Origin: Octopus sinensis
Lineage: Eukaryota
Direction: 5' to 3'
Length of the DNA stretch: 64,000 nt
Assembly (NCBI RefSeq): GCF_006345805.1
Contig: NC_042997.1
Coordinates: 172,360,001-172,424,000, forward strand
Of this stretch, positions 49,849 to 63,185 are shown piece after piece (position 1 is the first letter of the stretch; each line of letters starts with the position of its first letter). The notes beneath the pieces were generated by a model, which was not told the DNA's origin, ran no database searches, and was given only the letters and a program-made list of their open reading frames with translations. A program made the translations under genes and the position numbers.

Positions 49849-50582
49849 ATATATATATATATACACATATATTTATATACATACACACACGCACACATAT
49901 ATATATTCTCACACATACGCATACCTATGTATGTACATCTATGCATGTGCATACATTTGCAAATGTGTGTACGCGCGCCTATGTTTGCTTACATTTTTTA
50001 GATCGATGTAAACATTTAATTGTATGCAATATATATGCTGCTTTGTGCGTGTGTGCATGTGTTGTTCGTTTGTGTGTGCTTGTGTGTGAAATTAAAAAAT
50101 ATAATTTACGATAAAAATTTTAATTTATTTTCATTAAAAACTGGCGAAATCAGAGCTTACTACAGTTCGCCTGCAATTAGCTGCCTCTGACTGTCACTCA
50201 CTGCAACTCCGTTTGTTGTGTTACTCTTTTTTCCCTAGCGTCTTCGGTGCGAAGCCTTTAAATGTTATCCGCCTGCTTTAGCATCTCTCACTGCCACCAC
50301 TACCACTCCATCTGTTGTTTTACTCTTCTTTGCCTACGGCGTGACCGACAGGTACACACTTTGCATTTTATCATTCGCTAACGTGTTCCTCTTCAAATGT
50401 TTTTGCGTTTTTATGTATCTATATTGTGCTGTGTATGTTTAGAAATTGTTATTTTCATGTACAAAGGTGTGTGATCGTGTTGCTTGTCCTCTGTCTTTTT
50501 TTTCCATTCTTTCTTTTTCGAAAAATATTATATATTTTAGTTAAACTTTTTTGTTTTTGACAGTTAAAATAAGATGAAAATG

Positions 50583-51000
50583 GGATCTTTTCGGTTTGAA
50601 CGGCAGTTTTTTTAAATAATTTCCACGTAACTAAACACTTTTAAACTTCGTATACTGGTAGAATGTGTTTATAAAACATCTTTTTCTCTTGGCTTTATTG
50701 AGAAAATTCTATAGTTTGTAAGATATTTCTTGTTTTTTCTTCTTAAATTTCTGCTACTTCAACCAATCAATGACGTCTATTGAGGTGAAAACATTCTGTG
50801 CCGTATGAATATGTCCCTCGTTTAAGAAACAGATTTGGTTTATTTACATTTCTGAAGAAAAAAAGATACCCTTCCTCCCCACCCCTAATCCTAACCCTAA
50901 AACAGATTGAAATGCAATAGATCGATACTAGGGTCATAATTATGGATGACAATTTCATATGACACCGCTAGAAAAACTGCCGTTCAAACCGAAACGATCC
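50583..51000. mobile_element. GGATC-ended MITE, related subfamily
   Basis: 29-bp TIR GGATCTTTTCGGTTTGAACGGCAGTTTTT / AAAAACTGCCGTTCAAACCGAAACGATCC; TSD TGAAAATG / GGAAAATG. Confidence 0.85.
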
Positions 51001-51455
51001 GGAAAATGAATGAATGAATGAATAAAGAAAGAAAGAAACAAACAAACAAACAAACAAAGAAGACACTAATTGGTGATTACATGGAGATTTGAACTTGAGT
51101 GCAACAAGGAGCGAAGAAAGAGCATAGTGTCAGCAGACGTTGAATTCAGAACTTGAAATTTTACGAAATATACATTCACGTATAATTCTTTGGATTTACT
51201 ACCTTTGCTCTCACTCAAACGACGTATAATCTTTAAATGTGGTAGACAGTTCAATATAAGCATTAGAATGATGTATAATAGTTTACTTTAAATATAGACG
51301 AGGGAAAACAGAAAGGATAATTTAGTAGACTGTTTTAAGAAAAATTAATTTTTTTTCAGTTTTCCGTTGTGTATTGAATATTTTTTGCCTATAATTGTAG
51401 TTTTTTTCCCCTTGTATTTTAGTAAAAGAAATATATATTGAATATACATACATAC

Positions 51456-51519
<64 letters not shown>

Positions 51520-51543
51520 TATATATATATATATATATATAAA

Positions 51544-54047
51544 GTTAAGTTAGTTCGTTCAGTCGAAGTCGACTCTCGGTTACTCAATGGATCAGTGTTC
51601 TCCAGCCAGTTCTATCCTGCGTCGCTTCTTTCAGATTGGCTATGGCCATTCCCGTGTCACTCTCGATGGTGTCAACCCAGCGGGTTCTTGGTCGGCCTCT
51701 TCCTCTCTTGCCATTGACCATTCCGAACGTGATGTCCTTCTCCAGGAATTTTATCCGCATAATATGACCAAAATATGCCAATCTATGTTTGGTGATCCTG
51801 GCTTCTGGCGACAGTTTCGGCTTGATCTGGTTAAGAACTTCTCCATTGGTGAGCCTCGCTGTCCATGGAATCCGTAAAAGTCTTCTCCCACACTAAAGCT
51901 CGAATGCATTAATTCTCTTCTGGTCAGCTTTCTTTAGTGTCCAGGTCTCGCATCCATATGTTGCTATTGGGAAGACAATTGCATTCACCAATCTGCATTT
52001 GGTAGCGAAGCTGATGTCTCTACTCTTCCAGACCCTGCTCATGCTGACCATTGCCTCTCTGCCTAGTACTATCCACCGCCTTATTTCTGGAGTGCAGTTA
52101 CCATCTCGATTTATTTTGGAGCCAAGGAAGATGAAATCATCAACCACTTCGATCTCTTCATTATCGATCTTGATGCTGATGTTTGTTGTGGCTGCTGTTG
52201 ACATGATCTTCGTTTTCTTGACATTGAGGTACAGCCCAAATTTCTCACTCTCTTTCTTGACTAGCAGGATAAGATTCTCTAGATTTTATTATTTTCTGCC
52301 AGCAGGGTTGTATCATCTGCATAGCGAAAGTTATTAATATTTCTTCCTCCAATCTTCACTCCAGTGCTGCTATCCTCCAGGCTTGCATTCCTCATGACCT
52401 TTTCATCGTAAATGTTGAAGGCTGCTGGTGACAGGATGCAACCTTGCCGAGTGCCTTTTCGAATCTCAAACCAATCAGTGTCGCTATATGGTGTTAAGAA
52501 TACGAATAAAAATTCCCAAAATATGAAGTGTGCAAAAGGTAGACTATTGACTAATAATAGAAGTTCCTCCGGCCATTTAAGTATGACGATTCGCCTATAC
52601 AGCTAAGTGCTTTATAGGTGCGAAACCACTTTGTTTCGATAGAGTGATCTAATAAGCTGAACAAGGTATTCCCATTTCCATAACTTGTCATGATCAATGC
52701 TGTCAAAGGCTTTGGAGTAATCGATGAAACACATGTACAGCTTCTTTTCGTATTCTCTTGCCTTTTCCATAATCCACCGTAGGTTGGCGATGTGATCGCG
52801 GGTGCCTCTTCCCTTTCTGAAACCAGCTTGCACTTCTGGCAATTCTCTCTCAATAGTTGTGTTCAGGCACTTCTGGATGATTTTAAGGAGAATTTTCCTT
52901 ACATGGGGGATCAGGGTAATGGTACGGTAGTTTGCGCAGTCCTTGGTGTCTCTTTTCTTTGGTATTGGGATGACAACTGACCTCTTCCATTCCCTTGGCC
53001 ACATACAGGTTCTCCATATTCGTTGGCAAAGCGATGTTAGTGTTTTTGCTGGTATTGGCTTGAGTAATTCTAGTGGTATGCCATTAGTACCTGGGACTTT
53101 TTCAGCTGTTTCATTGCCCATACCACCTCATCCTCCAGGATGTCTGGCTCCAGTTCCAGTGGCTTCTCTTCTGCCTGTTCATCGATGTTGTTCCCTGCAT
53201 ACAACTGTTCAGTGTACTCTTTCCATCTTTTTCTGATCCCTTCTTGGTCATGCAGTTCTTCACCATTTCTCCCACGGATGGTTGCTTCTCTGGCCATGAA
53301 TGCTGTACGGGTCTTCTTTACATGCTGGTAAAGTTCTCTCATGTTCCCTTTCTCTGCTGTTTCAACGACAATTACCTTCACCTTCTCCCATATTTCTTCT
53401 GCTTATTGATTCTGTTCGATGGCGAGCAGTTCGAAGCGGTTTCTAATCTCAGCGGCATGTGATGGACCGATCTTGTTGGTATTAAATTTCTGGCAAGCAG
53501 GTGGTCGCTTGACGTTGCAGAATCGCATATTGATCTTGGCAACCAGAAGTTCATGGTCAGATCCACAGTCTGCCCCGGGGAACGTCTTCACAGCTTGGAC
53601 TGAACACTTCCACCGTTGCTGACATAGGATGTAGTCGATTTGATTGCGGTACGGTCCACTTGGCGACGTCCAGGTGTATAGCCGTCTTCTTGGTTGCCGA
53701 AACCAAGTATTGGTTAGCCGCATGTGTTATTCTTGACAAAATTGGACCAGTCGATCTCCTGCTTCATTCCGTTCTCCTAATCCAAATTCGCCAACGATGT
53801 CTGCTTCTGCCCTTTCTCCAATTTTGGCATTGAAATCTCCCAGAATATACATAACATCTGCTCGTGGTGTTTCCTCGATTGCGGCCCTGAATTTCTGCAT
53901 AGAATTGTTCAATCTCATCTTCTTCGGCGTCGGCAGTTGGTGCGTATATTTGTAGCAATGTGATGTTGGGTTTGGCTTTGATGTGAATGGTAATCACACG
54001 ATCACTGATGGTCTGGTAACTTTCAACACACTTGGATATTTTCTTGT
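51544..54047 (-). mobile_element. RTE-BovB-like LINE (APE endonuclease plus RT), disrupted and 5'-truncated
   Basis: QIYAPT, GDFNAKIG, YTWTSP..RNQIDYIL, GADCGSDHELL, EVQAGFRKGRGTRDHIANLR, FIDYSKAFD, RQGCILSP, ADDTTL, YGCETWTLKK, RGRPRTRW; 3' GAGTCGACTTCGACTGAACGAACTAAC tail. Confidence 0.95.
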
Positions 54048-54341
54048 ATAGAATAAATAAGACAATTTGAGTCTTTGAAGACAGTTGCTCCCATAAGTCC
54101 CAAAATTTTGGATTTATGGAGGGTCAAAGTTGGGAACAAAAACAGGACAGTGGAGACATACAGGGAAACAGAACGAAAACCAACATGGAAGGTCGTTAGA
54201 TCAGAACGAGAGTAAAATAGCGAACGCTGGAGAAATAGTTTCTTTGAAAAGAGAACAGATAGAAAAGAGATAGAGTACGTCCAGTTCTTAGGATAGTCTT
54301 GATGGAAAAGAAAAATGATCACACGAGGAAATGAAAGATGG

Positions 54342-54566
54342 ACAACAGCAGTAATTTTATTCAGCTGAATACACGTCATTGATTGGTTGAAATTACCGAA
54401 ATAGGACAACTTTAACGTGAAATAACTTCGTAAATATAAGTTTTTCTCAAAAATACTAAGAGTAAAAGATGTTTTATATGACACATTCTACCAGTGTCCG
54501 AAGTTTGAAAGTGTTTAGTTATCAAAAATTATTTTTTAATCTGTAGGTCACAAAAGGTAAAGATCC
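54342..54566. mobile_element. Right arm of GGATC-ended foldback MITE
   Basis: Matches 49260-49486; ends GGTAAAGATCC. Confidence 0.8.
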
Positions 54567-54986
54567 AATTCCTGTTTTGAGAAGATTCAATTGACACTAC
54601 TAATAATAATTTAATTAATGTACATGTGTACTGTCGTTACTTCCTGCCTTTATTGCAATTTATTTATTTTTTTAGGACTATTACAATTCTTATGACGGTA
54701 AACCGCATGTTAATCTATAACTCTCCTCCCTCTGAAACTGAGTAGTAACATTTCAGTTGATAACCGATGAAGATTTAGGTACCTGTATCAAGAATCCTCC
54801 AAAGTTGATATACCATTAATGAAAAGAGCGGGTTCATTGTCAGGGAAATAAAAGGACAGTGATGTGAACGTTTCTACCTCAACAAGCATCACCAGTACAA
54901 CTCTCCTTTACTTATCTCCAGCAGCCAAAGGACATAACCATTACAAAAAGAGTAGTACGCGTAAGTTTTTTGAGGTTTTTTTATTA

Positions 54987-55265
54987 TGGCTGTGTGGTAA
55001 GAAGCTTGCTTCCCAACCACGTGGGTCCGAGTTCAGTTCCACTGCGTGGTACCTTGGGAAGGCAAGTGTCTTCTACTATAGCCTCGGGCCGACCGGAGCT
55101 TTGTGAGTGGATTTGGTAGACGGAAACTGTAAGAAGCCCATCATATGTATATTTGTGTGTCTGTGTTTGTCCCCTACACCGTCGCTTAACAACCGATGTT
55201 GGTGTCTTTATATCCCCCGTAACTTAGCGGATCGGCAAAAGACTCCGATAGGATAAGTACAAGGC
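54987..55265 (+). mobile_element. SINE family A, 3'-truncated
   Basis: Matches family A head and body. Confidence 0.8.
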
Positions 55266-55392
55266 TGACTACTCCCTTTTCTTGTACATATATATATATG
55301 CAGACATGCATACGTACATACATCTCTCTGTCTGTCTGTCTCTTTGTAATGGCCCCTTCACCTGAACAAGTACACAGCTATTGTTGATTCAT

Positions 55393-56181
55393 ATTCTTTT
55401 CTACTCTAGGCACAAGGCCCGAAAATTTTGGGGAGAGGGGCCAATCGATTAGACCGACCTCAGTACGCAACTGGTACTTAATTTATCGACCCCGAAAGGA
55501 TGAAAGCCAAAGTTGACTTTGGTGGAATTTGAACTCGGAACGCAAAGACAGACAAAAAAACCTCTAAGCATTTCGCCCAACGTGCTAACATTTCTTATTT
55601 CTTAACTGCCCACAAGGAGCTACACAGAGAGGAGACAAACGGATTAAGTCGATTATATCGACACCAGTGCGTAAGTGGTACTTATTTTATCGACCCCGAA
55701 AGGATGAAAGGCAAAGTCGACCTCGGCGGAATTTGAACTCAGAACGTAGCGGCTGACGAAATACCTATTTCTTTATTACCTACAAGGGGCTAGACACAGA
55801 GAGGACAAACAAGGACAGACAAACGGATTAAGTCGATTATATCGACACCAGTGCGTAACTGGTACTTATTTAATCGACCCCGAAAGGATGAAAGACAAAG
55901 TCGACCTCGGTGGAATTTGAACTCAGAACGTAGCGGCAGACGAAATACCTATTTCTTTATTACCTACAAGGGGCTAGACACAGAGAGGACAAACAAGGAC
56001 AGACAAACGGATTAAGTCGATCATATCGACACCAGTGCGTAACTGGTACTTATTTAATCGACCCCGAAAGGATGAAAGGCAAAGTCGACCTCGGTGGAAT
56101 TTGAACTCAGAACATAAAGACAGACGAAATACTGCTATGCATTTCGCCCGGCGTGCTAACGATTCTGCTAGCTCGCCGCCT
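55393..56181 (-). mobile_element. SINE family B tetramer with 14-bp TSD
   Basis: Four head-to-tail units, ~183-bp period; TSD TATTGTTGATTCAT at 55379-55392 and 56182-56195. Confidence 0.9.
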
Positions 56182-57462
56182 TATTGTTGATTCATGTAAG
56201 TGCAGTAATGTGCATATGTGAAACACTCGCAATTACCAGCTGATACTAATGCACAGAAACAATTGTGGTGATTTAGAGAGAGCGAGAGGGGGTGAGAGGT
56301 CGATCAGATAGTGACCATTGGCTTCGCACCTATAAAGCTCTTTAGCTGTATAGACGAATCGTCATACTCAAATGGCCGGAGGCACTTCCAAAGATTAGTC
56401 AATAGTCTACCTTTTGCACTCTTCATATTTTGAGGATTTGTATTCGTATTCTTAACACCGTTAGTTGCTAAACCGTGAATTCTATAGAAACGATCAGCTT
56501 ATCGAAATTTCTTTTAACGTCGATTGGGAAAAAGCGTGTAAGTTACGATGTTAATAAATTTTTTATTTTATCGTATACTGTCCACTTTTTGTTCTCTCTA
56601 CAAGCCGCATATTGCTCGGCGCTAACTTCCAACGCTTGGATCCCTGGATCGTACGTAACTACAGAAAAATTCACACATATATGTGTGTATATATACACAC
56701 ATGTAACGAGCTCTTATTGTACACTGTACTCAGGTGTATTGCAACTCGTTAGAAAATGCTAAAAGACGGAGAGAACGAAGATATATAAATCAAGTAAAGA
56801 AAGACAGCAATGAGTGCTAGATGTATCATACATGCACTGTATACCGAGTGAAACTAAAAAAAAATTTAGAAACCTGAATATTAGAACCGTCATAAAGAGG
56901 AAAGAGCCCATTGATGCATTAAAAGTAGTGTTGTCGAATCTTAGGAAGCATGGAATTTTATAAGGATGCAGTTTCCTAAATAGCTTACAACTAACATGGT
57001 AGTTCATTCGATACTTCGACTTCTGAGTGTGAAAAAATATTTCCGAAAGCCATCAGTATTGCGCTGTTTTTCTTTTTCCTTTCTTTTTTGATTTCATAAA
57101 CATGTCCACGAATGATAGCGGTATTAAATTCAATAAAGGAAGCCAAAGTTGTTGGAAAGATGGTGGATAATCTGGTTAGACGTCAAAACTCCAGTGTGTC
57201 GATGTCCAGAGAAGCAGTAAGCTCTAGCTGGATGTGAAAGTGACAGGCAGAGGGTATATGTCTGGTAGTACGTCTCTGAACAGTTTCCAGTAAATTTATA
57301 TTCTGGACAAGATGCGAGTTCCAAACTAGAAATTGCAAACTGTTAAGTAGACGTACAATAAAGCATATATAACTTTATCGCATAATTAATGAGCAGCTGA
57401 CAGAGGTCTTACTAAGTGTTCTTTAGATACCTTCATCTTTTGGGTGATTTTAGATATATATT

Positions 57463-57525
<63 letters not shown>

Positions 57526-58002
57526 GATAAACTTACTTAAGTGCAAATAAAATCTAATGAATATACTGGTTTATTACCTATTACAAGTATTGAATATTAC
57601 AATTAATATTCAACGGTTAACTGGATAACCCGGGGTTTATATTTATTTTTAAGAAAAAAAGAAAATAGATAATTAATAATCATTTGTTAATTTATCTCTC
57701 GATTTTCTTATATATATATATATATATATAATTATAGGCGATGTTTCGCTTGTCGCCTTATAATATATTACTGGGTAACAGCGGTAATGAATACAAACTT
57801 GTTACCGGTTCAAATATGCGTAAGAAAGCCATGTATATATGTATGTATGTATGTACATATATATATATATATATATAGGTATGTAAACGTATATACTTGT
57901 ATATATTTATGTATACATATATCACTATCTTTCTGTCTAAAGCATCTGGCGCGCACATACAATACGCAAATACCTCCCCCACCTTATATACATACATGTA
58001 TA

Positions 58003-58044
<42 letters not shown>

Positions 58045-58088
58045 GAGGGGGAAGAGATAGCGGCATAAATACAGATTGCTACCCCGCT

Positions 58089-58573
58089 GATTTGTTTCCT
58101 CATAACTTTGTGAAAAATGTATTTTTCAATATAATTTTGCTGAAATATTTTTCCGAGGGTGTAGATAACAATTATGCTGATGAAATTTAGAATAAACACA
58201 AAATGTTTTTTTCGAAGTTTCGGACGTGCTTCTCCCAGACCATACTCCAACTTTATTTAACTATCCGTATCTTGAACACTTTTCATAGTTTTACTTTAGA
58301 ACTGTATTTGAAATATAAACATTACGTAATCTACACTCTCGAAAAACGTATTTCTGTAAATTTTTAATTAAAAATATGCATTTTCTAGAGAGTTATGAGA
58401 AAATATATATCGGAGGGATGGTGGTGGTGTCTGATTTGAACCGCCTCCAAAACTAATTTTAGAATTTTATCTATATAATCTCAATCTACAACATACACAA
58501 ACATTTCTTAGTAAAATTTTATTAGAAAATATACATTATTTACAAAACATACAAAGTTATGAGGAAACAAATC
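58089..58573. mobile_element. Probable MITE with perfect 23-bp inverted repeat
   Basis: GATTTGTTTCCTCATAACTTTGT / ACAAAGTTATGAGGAAACAAATC, with degenerate inward extension; true termini unclear. Confidence 0.55.
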
Positions 58574-59059
58574 GAAAGTGGACTGTAGTTTTAACACACA
58601 CATGTAAATATATAACACATATATATGTTTATTTGTGCGCGTGTATATATAAATATATATATGTATGTATAAGTGTATATAAATATATACATATATATAT
58701 ATGTATGTATGTATCTATAAGTGTATATATATATATATATATGAAAGCGCTAATATGAAGTAATAATATATATGTAAATAAATATATATTTTTACAACCA
58801 TCCAGCATTCTGAACGTGTTTTTTCTTTCATATATATATATATGTATGTATAAGTGTATATGTATATGTTTTCAGTGTATATTGACTGTAGAAAATAAAC
58901 CTAATATTGGAGCATGTAAACCCATGATGTGGGGGAAAAAATGGGTATTAGTAGAGTCTAAATATTAAAATTATTCAATTGGTATTCTTGTACTTTTATT
59001 TTGTGTTCACAAACGAGAATGTATGTATGAACGGTTTTAGTTTTCAAGCATGTGCTTGT

Positions 59060-59291
59060 TAGAGGAAGCGCAGCGTGTTAAGAAGAAGCTAAGTTGTGTG
59101 GAAAAAGCCGGATAGACAGATGGGCAAAACAGGACGAGGAAGAAAGGCAAAAACACGTCGCCGTTGATACTATTGGCCGACAGGGGGCGTTGTGGGTAAT
59201 GGCGCCCATTCGAAGCTAGCAAGTGCGTGATCCACTGTCGTGATGCTGCTGTTGTATTGAGTATGTCTCTAATAACAGATGTGGGCCTCGG
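59060..59291 (+). promoter_or_regulatory. Putative promoter and first exon of a plus-strand host gene
   Basis: Unique GC/CpG-rich island with ATTGG (inverted CCAAT), GGGGGCG and ATGGCG motifs; ends at donor CGG|GTAAGA (59292); possible start ATG 59263 (MSLITDVGL). Confidence 0.5.
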
Positions 59292-59877
59292 GTAAGAATT
59301 TCCCCTTTTTAAAAACCGAAAACATCGATCTTTTTGAATCGGCACAGGAAGCGGTGTATGCACTGAGGTTGGGGTGGCAATTATAGCAACAACAACAACA
59401 ATAATAATAATAGTAACGATCCTTCATCTAACTAATAACCCCCGTCTCCAACATCACCACTGCTAAAAACAAATATTTTTTTTTTCTCTGTCTTGTAGCT
59501 GTAATCGAACTGTATTTTTGTATTGTTAAAGCTATTCACCTTTGCCTTCACTTTAAAAAACAAAAACAAAAAAGTAATAATTTAATCGTGGTCGGTTATT
59601 GTCTTGCTTTCGAGTTTAGGCGCTATTTTCTTTTTTCCCTCAGTGCTTCCTTCACTTGTATAATGATAGCAGCTTCAAAAATATATAATTAACCCTTTTA
59701 AACTACTAGATTTATCGCGGGGTTTATCTTGTATTTTGTATTTTTCCTTTGTTTGTAGTTTTCGTAAATATTGTAGCTTCGTCTATATGACTTCTTGAAG
59801 TGCATTGTTTTGGATTAGAAAAAAAAAATTAAAAACTTCTTGTCACTGGACCTTGCATGTACATATGTTAAACTTGG

Positions 59878-59920
<43 letters not shown>

Positions 59921-62080
59921 ATCGTCAACCAAGATTTCTTTGTGTGTGTGCATGCATATAATGCACACACACACACATATATATAGACACACGTACATAT
60001 TACTGTTGTCCAGTGGCTATTCACTAAGCTGTTATTTTTACCACTTATGTCACATTTCAGTCGAATACATACCTCCATACACATATGTACACAATACATA
60101 TCAACTAGGTTCAAGATACATATATTTTCATCGCTATGCATTGTTCCTTTTTAATCTCTTTTCCTTTGTTAAATAAATGTTAAGTCCTGCTACACATGGA
60201 CAGTGTTTATAAATTATATATATATATATATATATATCTGTGTATGTATATATATATACACGCACGCACGCATAGACTATAGCCTTCATAATGTCCTTTT
60301 TATTCTTATACTTTGTCACTGTTTCAATAATTTTCCCTCCTTTTATCACCATCCATAATCATTATTACCAACTGCACGTTCCAGACTACCGGTCTATCTA
60401 GCTATATAATAAAAGTGTTATTTATTATCTTGCACATTCCGTCCAGCGTCACGCCACACTCTTCTTTCCCTCTAAAACAATCACAAAGAATCGTTCGTAC
60501 TTGTCACCACCATACTTTTTTACTCTTTATTCCGCTGCTACTACTAAGTCAGAGAGAATACTTTTCCTTCAATCCTTCCTCTGCTGTCATTCAATTCAAA
60601 CTTTATTAAAAACCGCCACTTCACTAACCAGCCAAATAATGCTTTAATATTATAAATATATCTTTAAAAAAATTATGAAACATGTTTGCATTTTCTACCG
60701 GTATAATTTATTATTGTTGTTATTTTTCGTGACCCGGTTTCGATTCTTGGTAAATCGATTCGTGTTATGTATTTGGCGAATAATACCTATTAGAAAACTA
60801 TACTCGCTAGTTACTTAATCTTTTCCTTTATTAAGTCAAAAATTCACTGTTGTTACTGTTCACAAGCTATTTCAGTTCCTTAAATCTGTTCCAGCCTACA
60901 AATATCTCCCGAGTTTCATTACAATGCTCCCATTATTCCTTTCCTTACGAATATTAGGCCATTTCTGTGGTATAAATCATGATTGTGGCAGACTCGGTAG
61001 AGCACCGGACAAAATGCCCTGGAGTATTTAATTTTATTTCTTGTGTGTTCAAATTCCACTAAGGCCAGTTAACTAGCCTTTTATCGTTTCATAGCTGATA
61101 AAATATGTACCAGCCATTTGCTGGCAGGTCCCTTTTATAATCAACTAATCCTTCGAAATATATTACTTGGTGCCTATTTAAGAAATTACTAATTATCACT
61201 AAGATTTTCGTGCTATTTCTGATCATTTAAAAGAAAGCAGGCGTTGAAATAAGTTGTGTGTGTGTGTATATATATATATATATACACGACTTGCTCTCTC
61301 ACACGTGAGTGTGTGTGACGGTGAGAGACATATTCGTGTATATTTACTGTGTATATTATGTCTACGAAGTCCTTTGTTACAGTTAGTTACAACAACAAAT
61401 ATGTCGGTGATTACATATGTTCTGAAAGATATCTCTTCCGTCCGTTTTCATCCCATCGTCCTATCGCAACTGGGAAGTTCTGCATGCACGTGTACGCGTG
61501 TGCGTGATTGCCTGATGGTCTCATATTTTTTCCCCTTTCATCTCTCTCTCGCTCTTTCTCTCTCGTAGCTCTAGGCTTCTATCATGCAATAATTTCTTAC
61601 ATACATACATACCATACACTCACGTATACATGACATGTACACACACACATACAGCTTGCTACGTGATTAAGGCTTCGCGGCCACGTGGTTTCGGGGTCAG
61701 TCCTACAATGTTACATCTTGGTCAAGTGTCTTCTGCTATATCCCCAGGCGACAGACGAAAACTGTGCAGGTGTATGTGTCTATATTTGTCTTTTAGTGCT
61801 TGACCACTGGTGCTGGTTTGTTCCTCCTTAACTAAGCGATTAACCAAAAGGAATCGATGGAATAAATACTACATTTAAAATCAAAAGTACAAAGGTTGAT
61901 TTCATTGGACTAAACCCTTCTAATTGGTGCCCCAGCATGGCTGCTGTCTCATAACGGAAACAAGTAAAAGATGAGAATGTGTGTGTGTGTGCGTGTATGT
62001 ATATATATATATTAATAGTAATGGTAAGACAACAAAAGAATGAAAGAAACCTCGATATTATGTAAAGAGAGGAATTTATT

Positions 62081-62199
62081 TGTAATATAATATGTAACAA
62101 TTATTTGGTTACCATAATAAAACTCCGAGTTTCGGATGTCTGAATGGAAACTCGGAGTTTTAATAGGGCAACCGGATAACTGTCACATATTATATTACA
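62081..62199. repeat. ~53-bp-arm imperfect hairpin
   Basis: Perfect core AAAACTCCGAGTTTC / GAAACTCGGAGTTTT; outer arms differ mostly by transitions. Confidence 0.85.
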
Positions 62200-62837
62200 T
62201 ATATATATATGTGTTTACATACATATATTTACATCTGTCTGTGTGTGTCTTACAATCATGCTAAGTTTGTCTCTGGACTATATTAAAAGTACACCTGTCT
62301 GTGAAATACTCAGCTCTGTACACTACAATACGGCGAATAGGTAACTTCATTGATATAGTTGTTTAACACCAGACCAGCACTGACCAGAGACACCTGTTAA
62401 AACCATTATCCAATATTGTATTTTGTTTGTCTTTTTGATTTAAAAAAAAGTTGAGTTTGATTTGAGAGAGATTTGGGTGCTATTTCTTGCCAGTTATTGA
62501 AATACGTAGAAGCTTGTTCACAAATAGAGCAGGACAACTAGGGCCTTCACTTATTAAAGCCAACATATATCTCTGCCATATGTATTTGCATATATATATA
62601 TATATACACACACACACACGTATATATACATGTGTGTGTGCTGTGTAATATATATATGTATGTTTAGAGGTTCAGTCTGTAAAATCACATCTATGCTATT
62701 CAATGGGTCCTCCATTTTGTTGTGAGACACGAGAAAAGACATACATGTATACATACATACATATATATATTTAAACAGATTAGAAAATATATGCTCAGAT
62801 GTATGAACACAAACACACCTGTGTTTATAGGTGTAAA

Positions 62838-63185
62838 CCTGGCTGTGTGGTAAGAAGTTTGCTTCTCAAACATATGGTCCTGGGTTCAGTCACACTGCAT
62901 GGCACTTGGGGCAAGTATCTTCTACTATAGCCTGGGCCAGCCAAAGCTTTGTGAGTGAATTTGTTGGACAGAAATGCTTACCGGTATTTCGTCTGTGGTT
63001 ACATTCTGAGTTCAAAATCCACCAAGGTCGACTTTGCCTTTCATCTTTTTGGGATCGATAAATTAAGTACCAGTTACGCACTGGAGTGGATGTAATCGAC
63101 TTAATCCCTTTGTCCTTGTTTGTCCCCTCTGTGTTTAGCTCCTTGTGGGCAATAAAGAAATAAGAAGCTGAAAGAAGTTTGTTAT
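62838..63185 (+). mobile_element. SINE A head interrupted by a SINE B copy
   Basis: A head to ~62965, B body 62968-63163, A resumes CTGAAAGAAG. Confidence 0.75.

Noticed and set aside
50880-50900. Interstitial telomeric repeat CCCTAA
   Set aside because: Only about three imperfect units, internal to the MITE family
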